From Eledone cirrhosa (taxonomy: Eukaryota): a DNA stretch of 64,000 nucleotides. Shown one piece after another: positions 14,435-28,228 of the stretch (the stretch's first letter is position 1; every line of letters begins with the position of its first letter). The position numbers were made by a program, and so were the translations under genes. Below the pieces are notes generated by a model. The model did not search any database. It saw only the letters and a program-made list of their open reading frames with translations, and was not told the DNA's origin. The stretch covers positions 306,900,001-306,964,000 of the forward strand of contig OZ024742.1 of assembly GCA_964016885.1 (NCBI GenBank). Direction: 5' to 3'.

Positions 14435-15676
14435 GCATGCATACAAACATGCATAAATAAATATGTACCGTTATATTTAGTTGAATACAAAAGCACCGAT
14501 GCATAATTATAGTGAATAAATATATAACCTGCCTACGGAAATAGAAAACAATACAACTCCTTTATATACATTGGCGCATGCGGGGAGAAAAACAAACACA
14601 TTTACGAACAAGGACCCGGGCACCTATACAAACACATTAACATGTACAAGCATATATATACACGAAACAAACACTGACACACAATCACACACATGCGACA
14701 AGCATTCCTAATGTTTTGAGCCCAACTTCCTTCATCGCGTGACAGAAGAAAAGAAGGCTTTTATTTTGATTTTATTTTTAATCTAAAATAAACTTGAAAA
14801 CGTTCAGATTCTACTAACATATGTGTATGAGCTGGTCCTTCGTCGGTTTCGACGACGAAATTTCCAGTTGATTCGGTCACCCAAACGGCCTGCTACTCGT
14901 GGGAATATTGTAAAAGTGGCTGGCCATGCCATAGACGTACGTTTACTCTTAAAACAAATCTCAGGGAGATTCCGTGGTACAGAATGTGCAACAAGGCTAA
15001 CATTTTGAATAACAAATACAAATCAATTTTTACCGTTGAGTGAACTGGAGCAACTTGAAATAAAGGGCTTTGCTTAAATATATACATGCCGTTCGGAATC
15101 GAATTCATGACACTACGATTAGTAGCCAAACACCTTAACCACTTTTCTTCATTTTTTTACATTACACCCTCGGATTCAATTGGGAATTGACCGACAGATA
15201 TTACAGACGTTTACGTATCTCCCTACTGTAACCTTTGTATTTTCATCTTTAGGTAGTCGACAACATCATTAAAGCTGAGATATCAATAAAATAAGTATCA
15301 TCTTTGTCAAAAGAAGGAAGGTTGAAAAGTTGTCTTTGTGTGCTTGTCATTTAATGGGCACCTAAGATCAATAGCGTAAGCTTAGTACATGTTAATACCA
15401 AGTCATCCTCGATTGGTAGTGACGGTCGTCTTATTATCCAATATGTCTTCTGTTGTATGAAATGGTAGAGTGTTTTGTTTGAAATATCTATCCCCTTGAG
15501 GAATTGTAAATATTCAATAATACATTAAGTTAGATTTTATCGATACGACCGCAAGCCAGTGAAAGTTTTATATACATATTGTCAAAACATACACTATTTC
15601 AAAGTTTATAAACGTCAAATTTTATATATTGAATATATTATTGCGTGTATTTTCTTCATTCTATCCGGTCTGTTGA

Positions 15677-16326
15677 AACATCATCATCGTTGAAAGAAGT
15701 ACCAGCTTTATTTCCGAGATGTTCCATTCGAATATAACATAATTATCGTTGAAAGAAGTACCAGCTTTATTTGCGAGATTTTTCATTCGAATATAACATC
15801 ATTATCGTTGAAAGAAGTACCAGCTTTATTTCCGAGATGTTCCATTCGAATATAACATCATTATGGTTGAAAGAAGTACCAGCTTTATTTCCGAGATGTT
15901 CCATTCGAATATAACATAATTATCGTTGAAAGAAGTACCAGCTTTATTTGCGAGATGTTCCATTCGAATATAACATAATTATCGTTGAAAGAAGTACCAG
16001 CTTTATTTGCGAGATGTTCCATTCGAATATAACATCATTATCGTTGAAAGAAGTACCAGCTTTATTTCCGAGATGTTCCATTCGAATATAACATAATTAT
16101 CGTTGAAAGAAGTACCAGCTTTATTTGCGAGATTTTTCATTCGAATATAACATCATTATCGTTTAAAGAAGTACCAGCTTTATTTGCGAGATATTCCATT
16201 CGAATATAACATAATTATCGTTGAAAGAAGTATCAGCTTTATTTGCGAGATGTTCCATTCGAATATAACATCATTATCGTTGAAAGAAGTACCAGCTTTA
16301 TTTGCGAGATGTTCCATTCGAATATA
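15677..16326. repeat. Minisatellite, 11 x 59 bp
   Basis: Unit ttatcgttgaaagaagtaccagctttatttgcgagatgttccattcgaatataacatca. The gaaagaagta anchor recurs every 59 bp from 15692 to 16282. Confidence 0.97.
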
Positions 16327-17960
16327 TGTCAATTTTGCAACATTTGTTTTGAGCCACATAGACGATCAGAATATCACAGTTGGTTAAATCATGGATATCC
16401 TTTATTTATGAGGTTAAATTTCAGATGATCTAGCTATTCGTATATTATATGTTACACAGCAGAGCTATATATAAGTTCATAAAGAAAGAGTTGCACAGCA
16501 CAGCTTTATATAAGTTTATATATGTTACACACTGTAACAATGTAATAGCTACACTGAAAAAAATGATGTATTTGCTTACGTTATTGTACTGTGTTCCGGT
16601 ATAATTTTTCTATACAATACTCGTACAGGAAGACAAAGGCTTTCTGTGTTGTCCCTACCACTATCAGTGGTCCAAAGAAATTAAAGCTCCTTTGCTTTTA
16701 TCTATAGAAACTACTAATCACGTCTACAAACCTCCCTACGAATAATCATCTCAGCAATCCTTCTACCTGCTGGAAATAGCAACCAATCACCCTCTAGGGC
16801 AATGGAAAAATATTTTGGATAATCTAGTCCAACAAGATATGTGGCAAAAGTCGAAATCTTCACAGTTATAACACCTTTGATCATATGTCTTCTCGGTCAT
16901 AGTTATCTTTAAGCTAACAACAACATCATCAACACAGATACCTTAATGATTAACACGGCACTACGGTATCTATGAAAACTAGCAGAAAAACCCCGCTTTG
17001 GGTGGGTTTCTGCTAGCATATGTAGTGTGTATATTGATATTATACGCAAGTATATATGCATGTAGATATGATCAAATAAAATCGTAATTGACAATATACA
17101 CAGAAATTGAACGAAAACTGTGTTACACTGCATTATGTAATCAGTAATGTAATCCATGATACATTTGCATTAGGAGAAAATTAGTGACAGAAATATATGA
17201 ATATTTATCTAAACGATCACTACCCGGAAATGTTGACATTTGAAAATTTTAAAGAATTGAATCTTTAAATAAGTAATAAAATATATTTAATGAACAGCCA
17301 CGAAATTTAGTGGATAAATTATGTAATATTCATTTATTATCTATTCAAAGTAATCGAACTTATTTTACTAAAGGGATAAAAAAAATTATAAACAGTACGC
17401 AGTCCCGCGCTTCTTACATTATTATAGTTTAGATTTATACAGATCTGTCAGAGCCGTTCTGTCGCGATTATCTCATACATTTTTGTTATTGTTTAAAGAT
17501 AGGTATTTAGGTCAATATTTTTGCTTACGTTTGAACCTACGTATGGTCAATTGACCTACTACAAATAGTAGTCAAATATCCTCAGGCTCCCTACGTTCGT
17601 ATTAAAAGTAACACACCAGATAATGAAGTCTTAGTTGTGTTAAAACGGTAGTTGATATACCTTATATGTATTAAATGCAAGTCATATATAATTCATAATC
17701 TTTCTTCTATCTTCCATTATCTCTATCCTTTCTTTCTCTTCCTTTTCATGGGTTTTTTGTGTTGATTTGGTTTCTTTAACTGACACTACTTTCCCTCCGT
17801 TGTTTACTATTAAGCCTCCACTACATACTTTCTCTTATTCTTCATATACTTATTTTGTTCTTTGTATTTTATTTACATTCCATTTCTTTCTTGACGTTGT
17901 AGCAAACCCACATCATGTGCCATCTACTTCACGTCAATTTGTATGCTAGGGCTACTGATA

Positions 17961-18003
<43 letters not shown>

Positions 18004-18269
18004 GAGGAGGATGAGGAGGGGGAGGAGTTATTATAGCGTTTGATTTTGTTGGGGATTTTTTCAATCTTTATCATATTTTAGTCGGTATACGTATTTTCCC
18101 GGTAGTTGTTGTAGACTGATGTTGTTGTTGTTGGTATTGTGGTGTGTCTCGGCCACGGAGCTCATCAGGTTTACATCAGTGGCTTTGGTTGTCATCAATG
18201 TTGTATAGTGTTGATGTTGTCGATGATGATGATGACGTTATTATGTGGGATCTAGTTTTTGTTTATTGC

Positions 18270-21200
18270 TGTATTTGTTGTTGATGTTGTGGGTGTTGTA
18301 CAGTCCATTTCATGTTGTTGTAGTTGTTGTAGTTGCTGTTGCTGTTGTGGGTGTTGTACAGTCCATTTCATGTTGTTGTAGTTGTTGTAGTTGCTGTTGC
18401 TGTTGTGGGTGTTGTACAGTCCATTTGATTTTGTTGTAGTTGTTGTAGTTGCTTTTGCTGTTGTGGGTGTTGTACAGTCCATTTGATGTTGTTGTAGTTG
18501 TTGTAGTTGCTGTTGCTGTTGTGGGTGTTGTACAGTCCATTTGATGTTGCTGTAGTTATAGTTGTGCGGGTTGTACAGTCTATTTGATGTTGTAGTTGTT
18601 GTTGTTGGTGTTGTACAGTCTATTTGATGTTGTAGTTGTTGTTGTGGGTGTTGTACAGTCTATTTGATGTTGTTGTTGTTGTTGTGGGTGGTGTACTGTC
18701 TATTTGATGTTGTAGTTGTTGTTGTTGGTGTTGTACAGTCTATTTGATGTTGTAGTTGTTGTTGTGGGTGTTGTACAGTCTATTTGATGTTGTTGTTGTT
18801 GTTGTGGGTGTTGTACTGTCTATTTGATGTTGTAGTTGTTGGTGTTGGTGTTGTACAGTCTATTTGATGTTGTAGTTGTTGTTGTGGGTGTTGTACAGTC
18901 TATTTGATGTTGTTGTTGTTGTTGTGGGTGTTGTACTGTCTATTTGATGTTGTAGTTGTTGTTGTTGGTGTTGTACAGTCTATTTGATGTTGTAGTTGTT
19001 GTTGTGGGTGTTGTACAGTCTATTTGATGTTGTAGTTGTTGTTGTGGGTGTTGTACTGTCTATTTGATGTTGTAGTTGTTGTTGTTGGTGTTCTACAGTC
19101 TATTTGATGTTGTAGTTGTTGTTGTGGGTGTTGTACTGTCTATTTGATGTTGTTGTTGTTGTTGTTGTTGTGGGTGTTGTACAGTCTATTTGATGTTGTA
19201 GTTGTTGTTGTTGGTGTGGTACAGTCTATTTGATGTTGTTGTTGTTGTTGTTGTGGGTGTTGTACAGTCTATTTGATGTTGTAGTTGTTGTTGTTGGTGT
19301 TGTACAGTCTATTTGATGTTATTGTTGTTGTTGTTGTTGTGGGTGTTGTACAGTCTATTTAATGTTGTAGTTGCTGTTGTTGTTGTGGGTGTTGTCCAGT
19401 CTATTTGATGTTGTGTAATAGTTGTTGTTGTTGTAGGTGTTGTACAGTCTATTTGATGTTGTGGTAGTTGTTGTTGTTGTTGAGGGTGTTGTACAGTCTA
19501 TTTGATGTTGTTGTAGTTGTTGTTGTTGGTGTTGTACAGTCTATTTGATGTTGTAGTTGTTGTTGTGGGTGTTGTACTGTCTATTTGATGTTGTTGTAGT
19601 TGTTGTTGTTGTGGTGTTGTACAGTCTATTTGATGTTGTAGTTGTTGTTGTTGGTGTTGTACAGTCTATTTGATGTTGTAGTTGTTGTTGTGGGTGTTGT
19701 ACAGTCTATTTGATGTTGTTGTTGTTGTTGTGGGTGTTGTACTGTCTATTTTATGTTGTAGTTGTTGTTGTTGGTGTTGTACAGTCTATTTGATGTTGTA
19801 GTTGTTGTTGTGGGTGTTGTACAGTCTATTTGATGTTGTTGTTGTTGTTGTGGGTGTTGTACTGTCTATTTGATGTTGTAGTTGTTGGTGTTGGTGTTGT
19901 ACAGTCTATTTGATGTTGTAGTTGTTGTTGTGGGTGTTGTACAGTCTATTTGATGTTGTTGTTGTTGTTGTTGTGGGTGTTGTACTGTCTATTTGATGTT
20001 GTAGTTGTTGTTGTTGGTGTTGTACAGTCTATTTGATGTTGTAGTTGTTGTTGTGGGTGTTGTACAGTCTATTTGATGTTGTAGTTGTTGTTGTGGGTGT
20101 TGTACTGTCTATTTGATGTTGTAGTTGTTGTTGTTGGTGTTGTACAGTCTATTTGATGTTGTAGTTGTTGTTGTGGGTGTTGTACTGTCTATTTGATGTT
20201 GTTGTTGTTGTTGTTGTTGTGGGTGTTGTACAGTCTATTTGATGTTGTAGTTGTTGTTGTTGGTGTGGTACAGTCTATTTGATGTTGTTGTTGTTGTTGT
20301 GGGTGTTGTACAGTCTATTTGATGTTGTAGTTGTTGTTGTTGGTGTTGTACAGTCTATTTGATGTTGTTGTTGTTGTTGTTGTTGTGGGTGTTGTACAGT
20401 CTATTTAATGTTGTAGTTGCTGTTGTTGTTGTGGGTGTTGTCCAGTCTATTTGATGTTGTGTAATAGTTGTTGTTGTTGTAGGTGTTGTACAGTCTATTT
20501 GATGTTGTGGTAGTTGTTGTTGTTGTTGAGGGTGTTGTACAGTCTATTTGATGTTGTTGTAGTTGTTGTTGTTGTTGGTGTTGTACAGTCTATTTGATGT
20601 TGTAGTTGTTGTTGTGGGTGTTGTACTGTCTATTTGATGTTGTTGTAGTTGTTGTTGTTGTGGTGTTGTACAGTCTATATGATGTTGTGTAATAGTTGTT
20701 GTTGTTGTGGGTGTTGTACAGTCTATTTGATGTTGTGGTAGTTGTTGTTGTTGTTGAGGGTGTTGTACAGTCTATTTGATGTTGTTGTAGTTGTTGTTGT
20801 TGTTGGTGTTGTACAGTCTATTTGATGTTGTGGTAGTTGTTGTTGTTGTGGGTGATGTACAGTCTATTAGATGTTATTGTTGTTGTTGTTGGTGTTGTAC
20901 AGTCTATTAGATGTTATTGTTGTTGTTGTGGGTGTTGTACAGTCTATTTGATGTTGTTGTAGTTGTTGTTGTTGTGGGTGTTGTACAGTCTATTTGATGT
21001 TGTTGTAGTTGTTGTTGTTGTGCGTGTTGTACAGTCTATTTGATGTTGTAGTTGTTGTTAATGGTGTTGTAATGTTGTGGTTGTTGTTGTTGTTGGTATT
21101 GTACAGTCTATTTAATGTTGTTGTAGTTGTTGTTGTTGTGGGTGTTGTACAGTCTATTTGATGTTCTTGTAGTTGTTGTTGTTGTTGTTGTTGGTGGTGT

Positions 21201-24200
21201 TGTACAGTCTATTTGATGTTGTTATAGTTGTTGTTGTTGTGGGTGTTGTACTGTCTATTTGATGCTGTTGTAGTTGTTGTTGCGGGTGTTGTACAGTGTA
21301 TTTGATGTTGTAGTTGTTATTGTTGGTGTTGTACTGTCTATTTGATGTTGCTGTAGTTGTTGTTGTTGTTGGTGTTGTACAGTCTATTTGATGTTGTTGT
21401 AGTTGTTGTTGTTGTGGGTGTTGTACAGTCTATTTGATGTTGTAATTGTTGTTGTTGTGGGTGTTGTACAGTCTATTTGATGCTGTTGTAGTTGTTGTTG
21501 TTGGTGTTGTACAGTCTATTTGATGTTGTAGTTGTTGTTGTTGTGGGTGTTGTACAGTCTATTTGATGCTGTTGTAGTTGTTGTTGTGGGTGTTGTACAG
21601 TGTATTTGATGTTGTAGTTGTTGTTGTTGTGGGTGTTGTACAGTCTATTTGATGTTATTGTTGTTGTTGTTGGTGTGGTACAGTCTATTTGATGTTGTTG
21701 TAGTTGTTGTTGCGGGTGTTGTACAGTCTATTTGATGTTGTAGTTTTTGTTGTTGTGGGTGTTTTACTGTCTATTTGATGTTGTTGTAGTTGTTGTTGTG
21801 GGTGTTGTACAGTCTATCTGATATTGTTGTTGTTGTGGGTGTTGTGGGTGTTGTACAGTCCATTTGATGTTGTTGTAGTTGTTGTTGTTGTTGTGGGTGT
21901 TGTACAGTCTATTTGATGCTGTTGTAGTTGTTGTTGTGGGTGTTATACAATTTATTTAATGCTGTAGTTGTTGTTAATGGTGTTGTAATGTTGTAGTTGT
22001 TGTTGTTGGTGGTGTTGTACAGTCTATTTGATGTTGTAGTTGTTGTTGTTGCGGGTGTTGTACAGTCTATTTGATGTTGTAGTCGTTGTTGTTGTTGTGG
22101 GTGTTGTACAGTCTATTTGATCCTGTTGTAGTTGTTGTTGTGGGTGTTATACAATCTATTTAATGTTGTAGTTGTTGTTAATGGTGTTGTAATGTTGTAG
22201 TTGTTGTTGTTGCGGGTGTTGTACAGTCTATTTGATGTTGTAGTTGTTGTTGTTGTTGCGGGTGTTGTACAGTCTATTTGATGTTGTAGTTGTTGTTGTT
22301 GTTGTGGGTGTTGTACAGTCTATTTGATGTTGTTGTAGTTGTTGTTGTTGCGGGTGTTGTACAGTCTATTTGATGTTGTAGTTGTTGTTGTTGTGGGTGT
22401 TGTACAGTCTATTTGATGTTGTTGTAGTTGTTGTTGTTGTGGGTGTTGTACAGTCTATTTGATGTTGTAGTTTTTGTTGTTGTGGGTGTTGTACAGTCTA
22501 TCTGATGTTGTTGTTGTTGTGGGTGTTGTACTGTCTATTTGATGCTGTTGTAGTTGTTGTTGTGGGTGTTGTACAGTCTATTTGATGTTGTTGTAGTTGT
22601 TGTTGCGGGTGTTGTACAGTCTATTTGATGTCATAGTTGTTGTTGTTGTGGGTGTTGTACTGTCTATTTGATGCTGTTGTAGTTGTTGTTGTTGCGGGTG
22701 TTGTACTGTCTATTTGATGTTGTAGTTGTTGTTGTTGGTGTTGTACAGTCTATTTGATGTTGTTGTAGTTGTTGTTGTTGTGGGTGTTGTACAGTCTATT
22801 TGATGCTGTTGTAGTTGTTGTTGCGGGTGTTGTACTGTCTATTTGATGTTTTTAGTTGTTGTTGTGGGTTTTGTACAGTCTATTAGATGTTATTGTTGTT
22901 GTTGTTGGTGTTGTGGGTGTTGTACAGTCTATTTGATGTTGTTGCAGTTGTTGTTGTTGTTGTAGGTGTTGTACAGTCTATTTGATGTTGTGGTAGTTGT
23001 TGTTGTGGGTGTTGTACAGTCTATTTGATGTTGTGGTAGTTGTTGTTGTTGTTGGGGGTGTTGTACAGTCTATTTGATGTTGTGGTAGTTGTTGTTGTTG
23101 TGGGTGTTGTACAGTCTATTTGATGTTGTAGTTGTTGTTGTTGTGGGTGTTGTACTGTCTATTTGATGATGTTGTAGTTGTTGTTGTTGCGGGTGTTGTA
23201 CTGTCTATTTGATGTTGTAGTTGTTGTTGTTGTTGGTGTTGTACAGTCTATTTGATGTTGTTGTAGTTGTTGTTGTTGTGGGTGTTGTACTGTCTATTTG
23301 ATGTTGTTGTAGTTGTTGTTGCGGGTGTTGTACTGTCTATTTGATGTTGTAGTTGTTGTTGTGGGTTTTGTACAGTCTATTAGATGTTATTGTTGTTGTT
23401 GTTGTTGGTGTTGTGGGTGTTGTACAGTCTATTTGATGTTGTTGCAGTTGTTGTTGTTGTTGTAGGTGTTGTACAGTCTATTTGATGCTGTGGTAGTTGT
23501 TGTTGTTGTGAGTGTTGTACAGTCTATTTGATGTTGTGGTAGTTGTTGTTGTTGTGGGTGTTGTACAGTCTATTTGATGTTGTTGTAGTTGTTGTTGTTG
23601 TGGGTGTTGTACAGTCTATTTGATGTTGTGGTAGTTGTTGTTGTTGTGGGTGTTGTACAGTCTATTTGATGTTGTAGTTGTTGTTGTGTGTTTTGTACAG
23701 TCTATTAGATGTTATTGTTGTTGTTGTTGGTGTTGTGGGTGTTGTACAGTCTATTTGATGTTGTTCCAGTTGTTGTTGTTGTTGTGGGTGTTGTACAGTC
23801 TATTTGATGTTGTGGTAGTTGTTGTTGTTGTGGGTGTTGTACAGTCTATTTGATGTTGTGGTAGTTGTTGTTGTGGGTGTTGTACAGTCTATTTGATGTT
23901 GTAATTGTTGTTGTTGTGGGTGTTGTACAGTCTATTTGATGCTGTTGTAGTTGTTGTTGTTGGTGTTGTACAGTCTATTTGATGTTGTAGTTGTTGTTGT
24001 TGTGGGTGTTGTACAGTCTATTTGATGCTGTTGTAGTTGTTGTTGTGGGTGTTGTACAGTGTATTTGATGTTGTAGTTGTTGTTGTTGTGGGTGTTGTAC
24101 AGTCTATTTGATGTTATTGTTGTTGTTGTTGGTGTGGTACAGTCTATTTGATGTTGTTGTAGTTGTGGTTGCGGGTGTTGTACAGTCTATTTGATGTTGT

Positions 24201-26820
24201 AGTTTTTGTTGTTGTGGGTGTTGTACTGTCTATTTGATGTTGTTGTAGTTGTTGTTGTGGGTGTTGTACAGTCTATCTGATGTTGTTGTTGTTGTGGGTG
24301 TTGTGGGTGTTGTACAGTCCATTTGATGTTATTGTAGTTGTTGTTGTTGTTGTTGTGGGTGTTGTACAGTCTATTTGATGCTGTTGTAGTTGTTGTTGTG
24401 GGTGTTATACAATTTATTTAATGCTGTAGTTGTTGTTAATGGTGTTGTAATGTTGTAGTTGTTGTTGTTGGTGGTGTTGTACAGTCTATTTGATGTTGTA
24501 GTTGTTGTTGTTGTTGCGGGTGTTGTACAGTCTATTTGATGTTGTAGTCGTTGTTGTTGTTGTGGGTGTTGTACAGTCTATTTGATCCTGTTGTAGTTGT
24601 TGTTGTGGGTGTTATACAATCTATTTAATGTTGTAGTTGTTGTTAATGGTGATGTAATGTTGTAGTTATTGTTGTTGCGGGTGTTTTACAGTCTATTTGA
24701 TGTTGTAGTTGTTGTTGTTGTTGCGTGTGTTGTACAGTCTATTTGATGTTGTAGTTGTTGTTGTTGTTGTGGGTGTTGTACAGTCTATTTGATGTTGTTG
24801 TAGTTGTTGTTGTTGCGGGTGTTGTACAGTCTATTTGATGTTGTAGTTGTTGTTGTTGTGGGTGTTGTACAGTCTATTTGATGTTGTTGTAGTTGTTGTT
24901 GTTGTGGGTGTTTTACAGTCTATTTGATGTTGTAGTTTTTGTTGTTGTGGGTGTTGTACAGTCTATCTGATGTTGTTGTTGTTGTGGGTGTTGTACTGTC
25001 TATTTGATGCTGTTGTAGTTGTTGTTGTGGGTGTTGTACAGTCTATTTGATGTTGTTGTAGTTGTTGTTGCGGGTGTTGTACAGTCTATTTGATGTCATA
25101 GTTGTTGTTGTTGTGGGTGTTGTACTGTCTATTTGATGCTGTTGTAGTTGTTGTTGTTGCGGGTGTTGTACTGTCTATTTGATGTTGTAGTTGTTGTTGT
25201 TGGTGTTGTACAGTCTATTTGATGTTGTTGTAGTTGTTGTTGTTGTGGGTGTTGTACAGTCTATTTGATGCTGTTGTAGTTGTTGTTGCGGGTGTTGTAC
25301 TGTCTATTTGATGTTTTTAGTTGTTGTTGTGGGTTTTGTACAGTCTATTAGATGTTATTGTTGTTGTTGTTGGTGTTGTGGGTGTTGTACAGTCTATTTG
25401 ATGTTGTTGCAGTTGTTGTTGTTGTTGTAGGTGTTGTACAGTCTATTTGATGTTGTGGTAGTTGTTGTTGTGGGTGTTGTACAGTCTATTTGATGTTGTG
25501 GTAGTTGTTGTTGTTGTTGGGGGTGTTGTACAGTCTATTTGATGTTGTTGTAGTTGTTGTTGTTGTGGGTGTTGTACAGTCTATTTGATGTTGTGGTAGT
25601 TGTTGTTGTTGTGGGTGTTGTACAGTCTATTTGATGTTGTAGTTGTTGTTGTTGTGGGTGTTGTACTGTCTATTTGATGCTGTTGTAGTTGTTGTTGTTG
25701 CGGGTGTTGTACTGTCTATTTGATGTTGTAGTTGTTGTTGTTGTTGGTGTTGTACAGTCTATTTGATGTTGTTGTAGTTGTTGTTGTTGTGGGTGTTGTA
25801 CTGTCTATTTGATGTTGTTGTAGTTGTTGTTGCGGGTGTTGTACTGTCTATTTGATGTTGTAGTTGTTGTTGTGGGTTTTGTACAGTCTATTAGATGTTA
25901 TTGTTGTTGTTGTTGTTGGTGTTGTGGGTGTTGTACAGTCTATTTGATGTTGTTGCAGTTGTTGTTGTTGTTGTAGGTGTTGTACAGTCTATTTGATGTT
26001 GTGGTAGTTGTTGTTGTTGTGGGTGTTGTACAGTCTATTTGATGTTGTGGTAGTTTTTGTTGTTGTGGGTGTTGTACAGTCTATTTGATGTTGTTGTAGT
26101 TGTTGTTGTTGTGGGTGTTGTACAGTCTATTTGATGTTGTGGTAGTTGTTGTTGTTGTGGGTGTTGTACAGTCTATTTGATGTTGTAGTTGTTGTTGTGG
26201 GTTTTGTACAGTCTATTAGATGTTATTGTTGTTGTTGTTGGTGTTGTGGGTGTTGTACAGTCTATTTGATGTTGTTCCAGTTGTTGTTGTTGTTGTGGGT
26301 GTTGTACAGTCTATTTGATGTTGTGGTAGTTGTTGTTGTTGTGGGTGTTGTACAGTCTATTTGATGTTGTGGTAGTTGTTGTTGTTGTGGGTGTTGTACA
26401 GTCTATTTGATGTTGTTGCAGTTGTTGTTGTTGTTGTAGGTTTTGTACAGTCTATTTGATGTTGTGGTAGTTGTTGTTGTTGTGGGTGTTGTACAGTCTA
26501 TTTGATGTCGTGGTAGTTGTTGTTGTTGTGGGTGTTGTACAGTCTATTTGATGTTGTAGTTGTTGTTGTGGGTTTTGTACAGTCTATTAGTTGTTATTGT
26601 TGTTGTTGTTGGTGTTATGGGTGTTGTACAGTCTATTTGATGTTGTTGCAGTTGTTGTTGTTGTTGTTGTAGGTGTTGTACAGTCTATTTGATGTTGTGG
26701 TAGTTGTTGTTGTTGTGGGTGTTGTCCAGTCTATTTGATGTAGTTGTTGTTGTTGTTGTGGGTGTTGTACAGTTTATTTGATGTTATTGTAGTTGTTGTT
26801 GTGGTTGCTGTTGTAGGTGC
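18270..26820. repeat. 8.5-kb GT-rich satellite, ~40-49-bp units (61 bp at the left end), with higher-order duplications
   Basis: Constant core GGTGTTGTACAGTCTATTTGAT alternating with variable (GTT/GTA)n, roughly 200 units. Confidence 0.97.
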
Positions 26821-26834
26821 TGTGATTGTTTAAT

Positions 26835-26837
26835 GCT

Positions 26838-26913
<76 letters not shown>

Positions 26914-27384
26914 CAGCAGTACCAGCAGCAGCATTAGTAGTAGTAGCAAGAGCAGTAGTCTTAGTAGTAGCAGTAGCAGCAGCAGAAGTAGCAGCAGCAG
27001 CATCAGTAGTAGTAGTAGTAGTATTAGTAGTAGTAGCAGCAGCAGCCGCAGCAGAAGCAGCAGCAGTAGTAGTAGTAGTAGTTTTTGTTGTTGCTGTGGT
27101 GCTTTTATGTCGTAGATTTTGTGGTGATATTGGTTGATGTGGATGATGTTGTCCACGTTATCTTTGTTGTTGTTGTTGATGTTGTTGTTGGGTAGGGTGT
27201 GTCGTCGGGGAGGGTTTTCTTATTGTTGTTACCACTATTATCTCTTTTCTATAATGTCACCTGTCATGTTTGTGTCAGATTTCCAAACCTGTCCCAACTG
27301 TTTATCTTTTGTGTCATACTTCTTACCGCAGCCAACACTGCTTCACAACAACAACAACAACAACAACAACAAAACAACAACAAG

Positions 27385-27418
<34 letters not shown>

Positions 27419-27522
27419 GCAGCAGCAGCAGCAGCAGCAACAACAACAACAGCAACAACAACAACAACAACAACAATAGTGATAGTAAAAAAACCAACAA
27501 AGGCGACAACACCAATAATAAT

Positions 27523-27593
<71 letters not shown>

Positions 27594-27622
27594 TAACAAT
27601 AACAACAACAACAACAACAGCA
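26835..27622. repeat. Trinucleotide microsatellite cluster (GTA)n/(GCA)n/(CAA)n/(TAA)n
   Basis: Directly visible. Gives rise to spurious homopolymeric ORFs. Confidence 0.95.
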
Positions 27623-27967
27623 AAGCGATGTGTGATGACGGTTTATTTAATTCCAGATAGGGCTCAAAAAGAAATAGGAAAACAATATATCGCAATAGAA
27701 AAGAGAAATCTCTACATATACATAAATAAACACAAACACACACACACACACATAGTTACACATACACATATATACACACATACACATATATACACACATG
27801 TACACATACATGTGTGTGTGTGAGCGTGCATGCGTATATATGTATATAGATATAAAGTTAGATATTTGTTTATGTATAGATATATGTATATGTGTTTGTG
27901 TATTTATATGTATTTATGACTATGTGCTACGCTTGTATATATAAATATAGTGTGAGCGAGAGATAGG

Positions 27968-28013
<46 letters not shown>

Positions 28014-28147
28014 TATTTCTTTATTAGCCACAGGGGCACAAAAGAAGGGGACAAATACAAAGGGGGAAGTTTACATACAATAAAAACGTGTAAAATGTTA
28101 TCACAGATGGAATTTAAAAGTTAGTCGATTTTCCCCAATAGAGGGAG

Positions 28148-28148
<1 letters not shown>
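28014..28148 (-). mobile_element. Short 3'-end copy of a Tx1/L1-type LINE inside a (GATA)n tract
   Basis: tttattagccacaggggcacaaaagaaggggacaaatacaaaggggg...ttacatacaataaaa aligns with the LINE 3' terminus at 49445-49520. (GATA)n lies on both sides. Confidence 0.8.

Positions 28149-28228
<80 letters not shown>

Noticed and set aside
15677-16326. CRISPR-like regular array
   Set aside because: Whole units are repeated with no unique spacers, there are no cas genes, and the context is eukaryotic.
18140-18172. CTGATGAGCTCCGTGGCCGAGAC on the minus strand, hammerhead-like
   Set aside because: GAGA instead of GAAA, and no stem I or III.
18270-26820. CRISPR-like constant core plus variable spacer, or a mucin-like Thr-rich coding exon on the minus strand
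   Set aside because: The spacers are only (GTT)n length variants. Unit lengths such as 40, 43 and 46 bp shift the frame each unit and hit a TAG stop, so no long ORF exists.
26826-27823. Poly-V/L/N/Q/T ORFs
   Set aside because: Trinucleotide repeats that are open in several frames and on both strands, with no domain content.
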